Positions 1 through 41,280 of a stretch of DNA of 64,000 nucleotides are shown one piece after another. Below the pieces are notes generated by a model. That model worked only from the letters and a program-made list of their open reading frames with translations. It was not told the DNA's origin and made no database searches. The stretch lies in the NCBI GenBank assembly GCA_964270895.1, contig OZ185435.1. The stretch is one strand, 5' to 3'. The stretch comes from Podarcis filfolensis (lineage: Eukaryota). Made by a program: the position numbers and the translations under genes. Positions within the stretch are counted from its first letter, which is position 1. Every line of letters begins with the position of its first letter.

Positions 1-41
1 TCTTCTTCTCAGAACTGCAGATTCAAGATCAGAGTGCTCAC

Positions 42-29658
<29,617 letters not shown>

Positions 29659-31480
29659 GGTTGGCACACTCGGGATACAGCTGAGGCCAGGGACCTACAG
29701 AGATCAAGAAAGAACCATTGCTGGAGAAGCTGAGGTGAAGGACGGGGAAGGAGACCTTCCCTGTGATTCAGTTCACTCAACCTAATGGTGATGTTTAAGT
29801 GGATCAGAGCTCAGTTTGGCATACAGGCAAGTGGCCATGCGATCACTTATCCTACCCATATTTTTATCACACTGCTATCCAACCTTTCTTCAGCAGCCAG
29901 TAAAGCTGTCACATGGCAGATGGAGGCCAGAGGCATTCAACCCACCCATGCTGCTCTCACCATCACTGGCTTCCTTTGGTTGTGCCTCCAGGCCAATCCC
30001 ACCAGATAATCCCATTTTGTACCAACCTGCTTCAGTGATGCTGGCCCTTTTGTGCCCTGTGCTAGGCCAGTATGGTTTAGGTTAGCCTGTAGGGAATTAA
30101 TGAGCAGAAGGTTTCTGCTGTAAGTAGGACAGGGTACTGGACTACCTTCTGGCCCCTATGATCCTGTGGGCAGGTCCTCTGGACAAAATAAGATATCAAC
30201 AAATGCTCTTAGGGCAGGCGGAGTCCATCAAATTCTCCCCTTGCCCTAATCTCAGCAGCTGCTCCATGCTGGCAGCAGGCCAAGGTCAGGGGCAGACACA
30301 TGGTCTCGGTGTGCAATTCTACGCCTTCTGAAGAGGTGACCCTTTTTCCTTTCTGCAGTTGCACCCACCATGAAGTGCTGTCCCATCAGACTTTTATTCT
30401 GCTCTCTCTTTGGACATCTCAAGATAGTTCACACATACCGTATAATGTATATGTGTCAATCAGAGGGGAATGAATGGAGAGACAGGGCTACATTGCGCCT
30501 TCATTTTGTGGGTATTCATAGAAATCTGGGAAGAAGCATCATGTATACATGCAACTCTATTCTGCCCCCCCCCTTCATGACCCCAAGTCACACAAGTCAT
30601 GGGAGGGAAGACCCAGGATTACCCACTCTGGGCCAGGATTCCCCACTCTGGGCCAGGATGTCTATGAGACAGTTCCAAGGCCACCAGTCCATGAAGATGG
30701 GGATGATCATGTTAAATGAGACTGATTATTGCTTCATCCAACGTATCTCTAGTGTTTTTGCCATCCACCAACTATAAAGTAGGTCAGTATTATCATCCGC
30801 ACAGTGTGGGAGGGGAGGGGGTGGAACTGAGGCTAAGAGGATAGTGGATTCTCAAGGACCACTCAGAAAGAGCATAGAGTCTGAGGCGAGATTTGAACTG
30901 GGCACCTCACAGCTTGCTTTCTGTGCCCAAATGCCACGCCAGCCCCCAGAGGGCCCGCAATATGCATTCCTGCCCTATCCTGTTCTGTGTAATGCTTCAC
31001 TGATAACAGGCTGACACCCCATGGAGCGGGAGGGAGGGAGAACATTCCAGAGAGCCTTCTCTTTTCCTCCAGCTCTCACTCAAAAGGCTCCGGTTTTCTG
31101 TGTGAACATCCTCCTCACACAGAAGGAGCTGGGGAATGAGAAGAGAATGTCTGTGTGCTATGTACTTGAGTCAGTGGCAGGGACAGGATGGAGAGAAAGG
31201 GTTTGCTTCAAAGCAAGGCTCTGGGTTATTATCATCACCTTGTGCAGCATGCACACACACCACCACCACCTCCAGGCTTCAGGTTAGCCAGGCTCTTGGT
31301 GCTGCGGTTTCTGCTGGTATCCCAAAGCCAGCCCCAATACTTTCTCACGTTATTCATCCCTCAGTGACTAGGATCTTGGAGGAGCCATCACCACTCATAG
31401 CAGCTCCAGAGTACCACTGCCACCGCCATAACTTTGCCTCCCTCCAGCTCCTTCCCCTTTATCCCCACCATGACACTTAC

Positions 31481-31890
31481 CTCGTAAGGGGCTGTGAGGG
31501 GACCGGCCTGCCTTCCTCCCAGCATTCACTAACCTCAAGCCACCTTGTGCATCCACTTTACAACTGCCCCACTCTGTCAATCGATCAGCTCCTCCTCCTC
31601 CAGTCAGACGATTTCCACTTGCCCATCCATCCATCTATCCTCATGCCAGCTGCTCTCCTTCGTTCTTCTCTCTCTTTCTGTACCGCGGCGCCCCAGACTG
31701 GGCATCCCTGCTGCCGGTCTGCCAATCCTGCACCACTTCCCCACACACCTACCCTCTGCCCCTCACATACTGTGGGTCCCTGGCCTCCTCCTCCTCTGCC
31801 CCGCTCACCAGGCGTCTGAGAGCAGGGACTCGACGTTACAAATGCCTGCAGCTGCTGTCCCCAAAAATACCCTCTGATGACATGGCTGGG
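31481..31890 (-). other. OBSL1: Candidate OBSL1 5' exon(s): donors at 31481/31480 (GAG/GTAAGT) and 31809/31808 (CTG/GTGAGC); transcription start not determined
   Basis: The first coding exon has a clear acceptor, so an upstream exon must exist. These are the two consensus-quality donors in the GC-richer region next to muscle-type motifs. Confidence 0.55.
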
Positions 31891-33194
31891 CTGATAAGCG
31901 GGGGCTGGGGCTTGGCTAAGTATAGAGCCCAGCAGGGAGGAGCACAAAGGCATCCCTCAGCCCTGGAGCTGCCTCAGGCAGAACCCACCTCAGGGGACGG
32001 GGAGAAAAGGGTCACCATGGCCTCAAAGCAGGGTAAACCACCCCTCAGGGTAACCCCTTCCCCCACAGGCTGCCTGAAATTTTGGTTCTTGTCACACCGC
32101 AAGAGTGACTGGCTTAAAATGCTGGACAGGAGGTCTGGCATCAGCACCTTGTACTCCAGGGCAGCTGCTGGGACCCCAGAGCCCTTATAGGGCCCGCCAG
32201 CATCGACACCTGTCCTGCACATGAGGCAACTGGGTCTGCCAGCCTCCATCTTAATTTCCCCAATGCACCAAGGTGACACTATGTTGGACATTCCAGGGCA
32301 TTGTGGGAAATGGAAATTTAGAGGGCTGTAAGCCTGAAGGAGCCTATCAGCAAAAAGCGGGTGGGGGCACAAGAGGACACTTTGACTGGGGACCCCTTTA
32401 ACCTGGAGCCATCTCTGCTGCTGGATACTACTTTGGAAGTAAAATCAGAAACCAGGCTACAGCGCTGGAAAGTATTTTATCACTGAAGACTGGAATGGGG
32501 AGATGACAAAGGATATGGCAACATCAGCCAAAAGAGAAGCAGAAGGTCACAGGAAAACTCAATATTCTCTCACTGCCACCATTTCAGTAAGCACTGAGCT
32601 GTTAAGTTGTTTTTCTCCCCATAAACTGCATTCTTCATTTGCTTTCCATGTTACAAATATTATCAACAAACAATACTGGTGCCATTTAAACGCACGCATC
32701 ATTTTCAGGATAATTTGCAACTTTCCCCATTTCCCAAGAGATTGGCCTCCTTCTTTCCCAGGAGGGAACAACTGGCAGCCTGCTCTCAGCTGAGAGGTTA
32801 AAAAAGAAAAGAATGGAATCCAGGGTGGGGGCCTGAGAAGGAAGGAGCCATAGATCCTGCAATGAGGAACACATAGCGGTGGTGGAGAGGTCAGTTTACA
32901 ACAGCCTCTGCCAACCTGGTGCCCTTCAGATGTGCTGGCTAGGTCTGATGGGAGTTGTAGTCCAGAACATCTGGAAGACGTCAGGTTCGTAAAAGCTGGC
33001 TTATGCATTCGACAGAATTAAAGGGGGAACTCCCCCCCCCCGAACTGTGCTATGAAAGGCTCAAGTTCGGGGCTTACATGTCGTAATGCAATTCAAAAAA
33101 TAAACAAATCCCCATACTTAAAAAACAAAACAAAACCTGTCAGCCTACTGCTGAACTGTAACAGAGATGGGGATGAATTCATTAGCTTGCTCAG

Positions 33195-33330
33195 AATGCC
33201 TTGGGATGTGGCAGACCCTCCTTCCTTAGAGGTTTTAAAGCAGAGACTGGGAAAACAGCTGTCAGGGATGAGGCAGTGGCTTTCCTGGATTGGCTGAGGG
33301 TTGGACTAGATTATCGCTGAGGTCCCAACC
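33195..33330 (+). mobile_element. CR1 LINE 3' end (similar fragments at about 22435-22510, 40065-40130 minus, 55590-55770, 56140-56385)
   Basis: CCTTCCTTAGAGGTTTTAAAGCAGAG...GGGTTGGACTAGA motif typical of CR1 3' termini. Confidence 0.6.
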
Positions 33331-34020
33331 ACATGATTCTAATACCACTATTTATTCTGCTTCATGTAAACTGTTCCAACTGATGCTGTTTTGTTGAGCA
33401 CCGGGAAATTAGGCCTGTACAGGGCAGCAAGGGTCTTCCTGGATTTCTGAAGAAGGTGGGAAGGTTTTGTGATACAAATCCAAGATGACCCCTGGGCTGT
33501 TTGAACATGAATACTGCCAAGGGATTGAGCTACTTGTTCTATAACACAGCAGGACACCCACACACCCATTTCAGTTGCCAGCCTCTTTCATAGAGCCAGA
33601 TGGGCATACATCACTGGAAACAAAGTCAGATGAGATGGCATTGGCAGCACCCCACCCCAGAAAATGTCCAGGCCAGACTTGCTTCCTTATCCTTTGGGTC
33701 CAGGAATCATCCCCACCAAATCCCTACTGCCAGTGTGAACCGGATCGCACCACAGTTTGAGAGTGCGTTGAAATTTAACCTCAGCCAACAGATGCCGGAG
33801 CAGCAAGATGTTCTGAATTCTTTGATACGTGCTTGAAAAATTACATTCTTTGTAGTCTCTCCCTCAATCCATGAGCTATTTGTCTGTGTTTGAATTCCGG
33901 TCACCACTTCACACATCCTGTGCCCCCAACCCTGGGATGTAGGGAAGGGGTTGTGTTTAGCACTATGAGCAGAAATCTGTGGTGTTGGTTCCCGATTCAC
34001 TCGGCTGACCAGCTCTAGCT

Positions 34021-34215
34021 GGGACAGGGCCATAGCTCAGCAGTAGAGCACATGCTTGGCATGCTGAAGGTCCCATGTTCAATCTCTGGCATCTCCACTG
34101 AAAGGGATGCCTCTTCACCAAGCTGAAAAGGGGTTTGAGAGCTCCTGCCAGGCAGAGCAGATGGCACCAAGCGAGATAGACCAAGAGTCTGATTCAAAGG
34201 CAGCTTTGCATGGTT
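34021..34215 (+). mobile_element. tRNA-derived SINE (Squam2-like); degraded relatives near 5.1, 24.85 and 42.1 kb
   Basis: A box TAGCTCAGCAGTAGAGC and B-box-like GTTCAATCTC; no intact cloverleaf; SINE body follows. Confidence 0.55.
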
Positions 34216-35065
34216 CACTGGGCTAAGAATTTTTTCCCGGTCAGAAGGTGCAGGGGCTGCCATGGATTTAGTTTCTTTAGGATTAAAAGCTTGTAACCAG
34301 GCAGGCTGGGCTCTGGCAAGCCCATCTCCGAAATACGATCCAGGACCAAGGAGCAGGGAGCAGTGGATGGAGCATCCTTCCAGGTGGGGACATTGTTTAA
34401 TCATCCCACAGTACTCACAGCTAAGCAAAACGCAATTTGTTACCCCTTCTCACCACCCACACTGTCTGTAGTAAAAGGGTGCGACTTTTTAAAAACCTTT
34501 TTAATGCATGTTTAAAGGTCATTTTAATCCACTCCAATAATTCTAACACATCCTTTTGGAGACCTCGATCCACTTCAGCACCTGTGAATACCGAACCAAT
34601 GGATTGCAAGGTGAAATGCGGTTGTGTTCTTTTGTGTGCAATATCCATGCAAGCTGCCTAGTGAGGCCTTTAGGAATGCAGGATCCTGGGTTGCACGGCA
34701 ATATTACAGGGCAATCCAATACCTGGCCACCCAGAAGTAAGTCCCACTGAGCTCAAGGGAGCTAAATCCCAGGCTAGTGGGTATCGGATTGTAGCCTGAA
34801 TCTCCCTAATGATTCCTGGGATTGGTCAGATTGACTAGCTCTGACTTTAGTAACTCAAGAACCAACACGGATCTCCAGGCCGTTATTGAGGGGAGGGGGA
34901 GAAAAACTAGGAAGCATTTGCCCTCTTGGTCTCTGCTGTGCCCCACTGCTGCCATCCCAGCCCTCGATTGCCTCCCTCTCTCCCTCAGAGTACCCTACCC
35001 TAAAGCCCTGTCCCCAGGGCAGCACTGTCCTTGCATTCCAGACGTCTCCTGTGTTTTGCTGCCCA

Positions 35066-35111
35066 GGAGATAATATTCATGGCTGGCAGACACTTGCGTC
35101 AGTGTCAGATA
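35066..35111 (+). promoter_or_regulatory. INHA: INHA proximal promoter module: GATA (35068-35073), SF-1-like TCATGGCT (35077-35084), variant CRE TGCGTCA (35095-35101), GATA (35107-35111)
   Basis: Motif order and spacing match the known mammalian inhibin alpha promoter module as recalled; lies about 250 nt upstream of the ATG. Confidence 0.75.
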
Positions 35112-35355
35112 CAGTCTCAATGCCATCCTACTCCAGCAAAGGAGTCAGGAGGCAGAAGGAGCCCAGCAAGTTAGATGCACAGGAGGAAACGGAGGAGCAA
35201 GACCACATCACAGAACGCATAGGACCTCTGTGCATGCACAAACACACAGACATCCCTTGGACCACGAACCAGCTCCTGGCCACAGAGACTCAGCTCGCAC
35301 CCTTACATCCACCCAGCAGCAATTTTGCACACCCTGCACATCCTTCTATTTGCAC

Positions 35356-35641
35356 ATGCTGGATCAGAGCTCTCTGCGCACACGGACCCTCATCAGCTCC
35401 ATGCTGGTCCTGCTGCTGGCTCCGGGTGCCGTGGCTGGCTGCAGCAGCGGGGAGGTTGACAGGCAGCTCATCCTGGAGAAAGTCAGGGCACATTTCCTGG
35501 AGTCCCTGGGTCCTGCTTTTCAAGGTGAAAGGGTCCAGGTGGGACAAAGAGGGATCCGCCGGCGCCATGCCTCGGACACACCAGCTGCTCAGAGGTGGGA
35601 GGAAGAGGACACATCCCAGGTGATCACCTTCCCCTCCAGAG
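35356..35641 (+). CDS. INHA: Inhibin alpha exon 1 (signal peptide and pro region; alternative ATG at 35401)
   Basis: MLVLLLAPGAVAGC signal-like stretch, DRQLILEKVRA, RRRHA dibasic site, EEEDTSQVITFP; donor AGAG/GTAAG (phase 1). Confidence 0.92.
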
Positions 35642-36051
35642 GTAAGCAAACCCGTTACTTGAGGGCTTACTATGGGAGTTAAGCCACATTGTGTGGCTTC
35701 TTAAAAATTGACTGATTTCTCATGGAAGGAATTTCAATCACCTAGCACCCACTGCCTCAGATGCAGCCTTCCCCAATCCAGTGCCCCCCAGATGCTTCAG
35801 AGTACCAACTTCCATCTGCCCCAGTTAGCAGACTTTACACCTGACATATTTGCTTACCCCAGCTAAAGCATACCTCTCCAGCTCTAGAAATCCAAAACCT
35901 CCCCCAAAAAACCAGAGTCCTTTTTTGTTGGGGATAACCCAGACTGAAATTCCCAGGTGCCAGAAAAGGTTATTTATGTATGCAACAACAACTGCGGTCT
36001 GTGTTTTGTTAGCCCCAAAATGGAAAGTGAGCCAGGTCCCAACTTAAGAGG

Positions 36052-36402
36052 ATTGGCAACTTAGGTTGACAGAATATGCACAACTTGCAGATTTAACATA
36101 TAGAATAAGAGAACAAGAAGAACATACGTTTAAAGAAGATTGGAAAACATTTATTGAGTATATGGAAAATAACTGTATACGGCGGAAAACGCTGGCAGCA
36201 TTAAGATAAATTCAACAGAGTAAATAATTTTTAATGGATGTAAAAGTGGAAAACTGATTTGAATGGTTATAATAAAATATGCTGGGATGTATTATATGTA
36301 AAATGAACCATGGGAAGAGAAGGGAAGTTACTGGATATTTTAAAGTTTGTAAAATGTTGGTTTGAAATTGTAAAATTGTAAAATTAACACAAAAATTATA
36401 TA
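36052..36402 (+). mobile_element. 5'-truncated L1-type LINE 3' end in the INHA intron
   Basis: Frame reads ...EYAQLADLTYRIREQEEHTFKEDWKTFIEYMENN..., like squamate L1 ORF2 C-termini as recalled, followed by an AT-rich 3' UTR. Confidence 0.6.
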
Positions 36403-38069
36403 TATCCACAACCTGCAAATGCTGCTGAGCCTTAAGTGCTTACCTCTGTTCCTCCAGTCCAAACTGGGACTCCCACTGAAGTTCAGTATCATCTGAACAT
36501 CCCTTCCCTCTTGTAGCTGTGCAGCCCAGTTCTGAGTTTGGATATCCAACTGAGTTTAATGAGACTGTGCAGTGCAAAGTATGCAATATTTCCTGGAAGT
36601 AAGTGAATTCAACAGGACATACTTCTGTGCACACACACCTAAGGCTGCAACCTTGCAGCCCAACCTAGCACATATTAATTTAGAAACAAGCCCCATTGTT
36701 TCAGGGTGTTTCACTGGCATTGTGCATAGGACTGCAGTGCTTATTGAGCATTCTTTGAGACAGATACGGACTTTCCCTATTCAGGATTGGCAGACTGGGG
36801 AGTTTCCAGTTGTGCATGAAACGGGATGTACATAAGAAAAATGGGAAATTGGTAATTTAAATTCTATGAAATATAGTAATTATTTACAGGAGGTGGGGAG
36901 GGGACTTTAAAAATTATGGGTTTTTTATGGCTTGACTAGCTCTTCTGCAGCAACCTAGTCTTCGTATACAGATGCTGGCATGTTAAGAGAAACAAAAATA
37001 AGTCTGCAGTCTTTTATTGGACCCAACTTCCGCTGGCGCAAGGACATGCAGGCTCTCATGTGACACTGCCCATGAGTGTTTGCTTACCCTTATCCCAACC
37101 AAAGTTAATTGGTCTAATAAAAGAGAACACCTGACTGAATTTTGTACCACTTTCCCAAGTATGTATAAATATATGCACCTATGACATTTGCCAGGATGGA
37201 GCGAGGCATGCGGGAGACAGGATTGCATGCATACCTAGGGCAGGGTGGAAGCAGCCAACTGGATTTCAAAAGGAAGGGTCAGGAGGTAGCACACTGGGGT
37301 GGCATTCAGTGTGTCCCATAAAGGAAAATCCGACCCAGCCACTAGGGCCACACATTTGATATGCAAATATCAGCACATTTTGCTATGGCGCGTGAGTGTA
37401 ATCTTGACCCAGGTATACGCCAAGTCTCTAGCAACAGATGTGATAACGGCGATGAGATCTATCTCCAAGCTACATCACAGGCACATTTATTTTAGAACAG
37501 GAAAGTGGGCAAATTGTAGGCAGATTCAGTACAACAGGTACAAACATTAAGGCTGGAACTAGGAAATGCAAGCCCAACATAAACATGCTAATTCCAGCTC
37601 TTTCAAGCTCTTCAAAGCCAGTGTTCCATTTTAAAATCCTAGCCCACGGTTGCAGGGTAAAGAGTAAAACGAGGACCCCACGCTTTTGGTGCTGGGAGGA
37701 GGAAAAGCAAACATTGTCTGGGGACCAAGATCTCATGCTTTTAAAAATCTGTTTAGAGCATGAAGCAGGCAGAAAGAGTGTGTGTGTGTGTGTAACAAGC
37801 CAGAAGGGAGATCTGGAAACCAGCATTTAACTTTTCTGCCCATAGGTTTGCCTATATTAGGGGTGGGGAACATCTACTCCTCCCCCCAATGTTATCAGAC
37901 TCCCGACTCCCATCACGGCCAATGATCAGTTACAATGGGCATTGTAGCCCAGCACCACTGGGGAGGCCACAAGTTCTCCATGGCTGGTCTATACTGTTTT
38001 CTGTTGCCTTTCCAAGTTTGGGCCCACACGGCAAGCAAAGCCCCTGCTGACCTCTCTTGTCCTTTGCAG

Positions 38070-38824
38070 ACGTGCCATGTGGGCCACCTCAGCCCGATGA
38101 GCTTCCGGAGGATGCGGGAGTTTTCACCTACATCTTCCAGTCCTCCAGCCACACCCTGAGTCGTGTGGTGACTTCGGCCCAGCTGTGGTTCTACACAGGC
38201 CCCGTGACCGTTCAGAGCAGCAACCTCTCAGAAGCAGCATTGAATGGCTCTGAGACACAGGTAGAGATCCTCAAGCTCTCTGACCAAGGCCGGGTCCCTG
38301 TGGCTACCATGGCAGTGCCAGCCCCCGAGGGCTGGACCGTCTTCCACTTTGGGGACTCCTTCCTGCCCTACATTTCCCAGAAGATATTTGTGCTGTTTGT
38401 CCGTTGCCCTGGCTGCCCTTGCGTGGCGGATGCCGAGAAGATACCCTTCCTCGTCACAGCAACCAAGCCCAGAGGCCATGACCGGGCCCGGCGTTCATCC
38501 GTGGTGCCCGGGACACCAGCCGCTTTCAAGTTACTTTACGAACCTTCGGGTGGCAACTGCCATCGGGCCTCTGTCAACATTTCCTTTGAAGAGCTGGGCT
38601 GGGACAAGTGGATCGTGCACCCCAGCAGCTTCGTATTCCACTACTGCCACGGGACCTGCTCCGATGCCCAAATGTTCACCCATAAGCCCAACTTGCAAAT
38701 GTGCTGTGCGGCTTTGCCAGGCACCATGCGCTCCATGCGGGTCCGCACTACTTCAGACGGTGGCTACTCTTTCAAGTATGAGACATTACCCAACATCCTC
38801 ACCCAGGACTGTGCCTGCCTGTAG
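38070..38824 (+). CDS. INHA: Inhibin alpha exon 2 (alphaN, RARR furin site, mature alphaC TGF-beta domain)
   Basis: Acceptor CCTTTGCAG, phase matches exon 1; [60 protein letters not shown]-stop. Confidence 0.97.
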
Positions 38825-38840
38825 CAAGGACCTGTCTTCA

Positions 38841-39000
38841 GAAGAAGAGGAGTTTGGATTCTGTGAGGTGAGTGGGGCTGAGAGACTTCAAAGAAGTGTG
38901 CCTAGCCCAAGGTCACCCAGCAGCTGCATGTGGAAGACGTGAACCCGGTTCACCAGATTACGAGTCTACTGCTCTTAACCACTACACCACACTGGCTCTC
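38841..39000 (-). mobile_element. Squam3-like SINE (internally deleted) just after the INHA stop codon
   Basis: GTGAGGTGAGTGGGGCTGAGAG...CCCAAGGTCACCCAGC...TTAACCACTACACCACACTGGCTCTC. Confidence 0.7.
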
Positions 39001-40999
39001 AGAAGAACTCCTCCCCCCCCCCCATGCACCTTAAGCTGTTGAGCAAGTTTCCTTTCTGGTTGGACTGGTGACTGAGTCCATCTGTCCAAACCCAAGCCGA
39101 TTCCCTTTTAAGTGTTGTGTTTTAATGTGTTGTGTTTAATGCCGTTTATAATGTGTTGCAGTGGTGGGACTGTAGAGTGATGGAAGGGTAAAATAGTAAT
39201 AGTTAATGATGTTCATCACCTACCCACTGTAAAGGTTCTCCAGCCAGCCACTGGGCTGGCAGGGGGTGGGGCGGGCTCAACAGATCTCATGCAGCTGAAG
39301 TTTTAGTCCCATGTTAATTTATTTTACTGAAGAACATCTTTTGATGTTACAACCAAGAATGGGAAAAGCAGATGTTGGGCAGAGATGCTGCTTAATAGTT
39401 TCCTTTCCTGCTTCCCTCCTGTCAAAAAGGCATCCCATCTAATTTCCCTCGCAGGAGGAAAAGCAAAGTTTTAGGGAGGAATTTAGAGCAGATAGGCAAC
39501 AAGAAGGGGAAAATGATTAAACAAACCCTCGCCCTGCCCCTTGCGTTCTTTTGATTGTAGCCGCCAAGGCTGCTTTTCAGCAACCATGTAAATTAGAGTC
39601 CTGTGGGGAAACAGATAATTCTGGATCCATTTCTCTTGCTAGAGCCAGAAACCAAGCCTTGTTTCCCAATGCCAGAGCACTATTTAGGGCAGGGATGGAG
39701 AACCTGATGCTGCTGACCATTCAGCCCAGCTGGGTTAGCATTGCAAGTACAGACCACTTCTGTCACAAGAGGCATCAGGATCTGCAATAGTGTTCCCGCC
39801 TGAAAATATAAGCAGAGGCTTGTTTAGCCTGCCAAGCCTGCTCTTCCCTCACACAGGTGATCAATCTGGCCCTTGTAGTCAACTTGCCCAGCACGTTTTC
39901 TGGCCTCGCCCCAACAAAAACAATGTTAGGAGATCTTTTTAGTCCAGTCTGAGCAATCCAAAGTCTACCCATTTTTGTTAAAAGTCCTCAATCCCAATAT
40001 GTTGCCCTCCTGCTACCCCAGCTCTTTCTAATCCAGTATCCTTCAAAATCTAGCCACATTGCAGAATCATAACATAGAATTGTAGAGATGGGAGGGTCCC
40101 CCAAGGATCATCTAGTCCAACCCCCTGTAATGCTGGCCCAGGGTGATCAAACCTGCAATCTTGGCCTTATCAGCACCACATTCTAACTGAGTTGCCTTCT
40201 CTGCAGGGATCAGGAGGCAGGGGCAGCCCAGTCCTTAACCTAAGCAATCCAAGTTCAGGGCCTTCCGTTTTAAGTGCTGAGATGTACCTGGAAGCAGCAC
40301 AGGGCGGAGGGGAAGGTGAGGGGAAGTGAGAGGGGTATACTGCACTGTGGGATCAGCAGGGTTTTCTACCCAGCCTCTACATTCCTTATAACTCCTACCA
40401 AGAGGAATGCTCAAGGGAGCAGGAAAGTAGGACCTAGAAAACAAAAAAACTTATCCAGAACACAGCCCCCAACAGCAAGAAGTATAGTCCTGCCTGCTCG
40501 AGGATTGGGGATGCCCCTTGGCCTGACATCGACAACCAGTGTTAAGCTCCACTATTAGAACTGCTGCAATAAGGGGAAAGCGACTTAGCTCCTCCTCTTG
40601 CTGGCCAGAGCATCTGGGGGTGGGAGCAGAAGGCAACCCAGAAGTTTCCAAGTCCTGCTGCCTGCAGCTGTGGGATGCTTGAAATCAGAACACTGCGTGG
40701 CAGCCAAAGTGTGGGAGTCTCCTTGCTTTGCTGAACTTTGTATTTTAACATCAACAGTTGAGCTGTAAAAAAGGCTACGTAGGTGTTTCTGAAACTGTGC
40801 AAGATAAATAAACTTATTAAAAAAATTCTGCCTGAAACCTCAGTGCTATCATACACCTTTAAGAGATGTTTATCTTGGGATATTCTGGACTCACCCACTT
40901 TACTGGTCAGACTGAATAAACAGTATAGTGGGGAAGGGGAATGATTCACTCTTGGCTTCACGTGTGCTTGTAAATAACTTTTTGTAAAAGGCGAAAGAT

Positions 41000-41280
41000 T
41001 TATACGATCTGAAGAGAAACCAGAGTTTGAAAATGGGTTTATAAAAGTAAAATTTCAAGATCACAATAATTTAAGAATAAAGATTTGGGTAGAATAAAGA
41101 GGAAAACAAATTGCTGAGCTAATAAATTGAACTGGAATACAAAAAAGAGAGGTATGAGGAGTTCCAAGAAACAAGTAAATGAAAAATAATGTGATGGAAA
41201 GATTTTTTTTTCTTTTTCTGTTTGTTTTTATTTTTTGTAATGTAAAAATCTTAATAAAAATCTTATATAAAAAAAAGTAA
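41000..41280 (+). mobile_element. 3' fragment of the same L1-related family as 11100-12446
   Basis: Shared AAATT(G/A)...GAATACAAAAA.G.GAGGT.TGAGGAG...GAAACAAGTAAATGAAA block and CTTAATAAA end. Confidence 0.55.

Noticed and set aside
30613-30659. 20-bp tandem duplication CCAGGATT(A/C)CCCACTCTGGG
   Set aside because: A simple local slippage duplication with no supporting context.
31136-31819. 227-aa plus-strand ORF
   Set aside because: Low-complexity Pro/His/Ser translation, antisense to the purine-rich OBSL1 5' region; no family motif.
34021-34100. Possible tRNA gene
   Set aside because: A/B-box-like motifs are present, but the stems are degenerate and a SINE body follows.
38349-38942. 197-aa alternative-frame ORF over INHA exon 2
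   Set aside because: Shadow frame of GC-rich coding DNA that ends inside a SINE.
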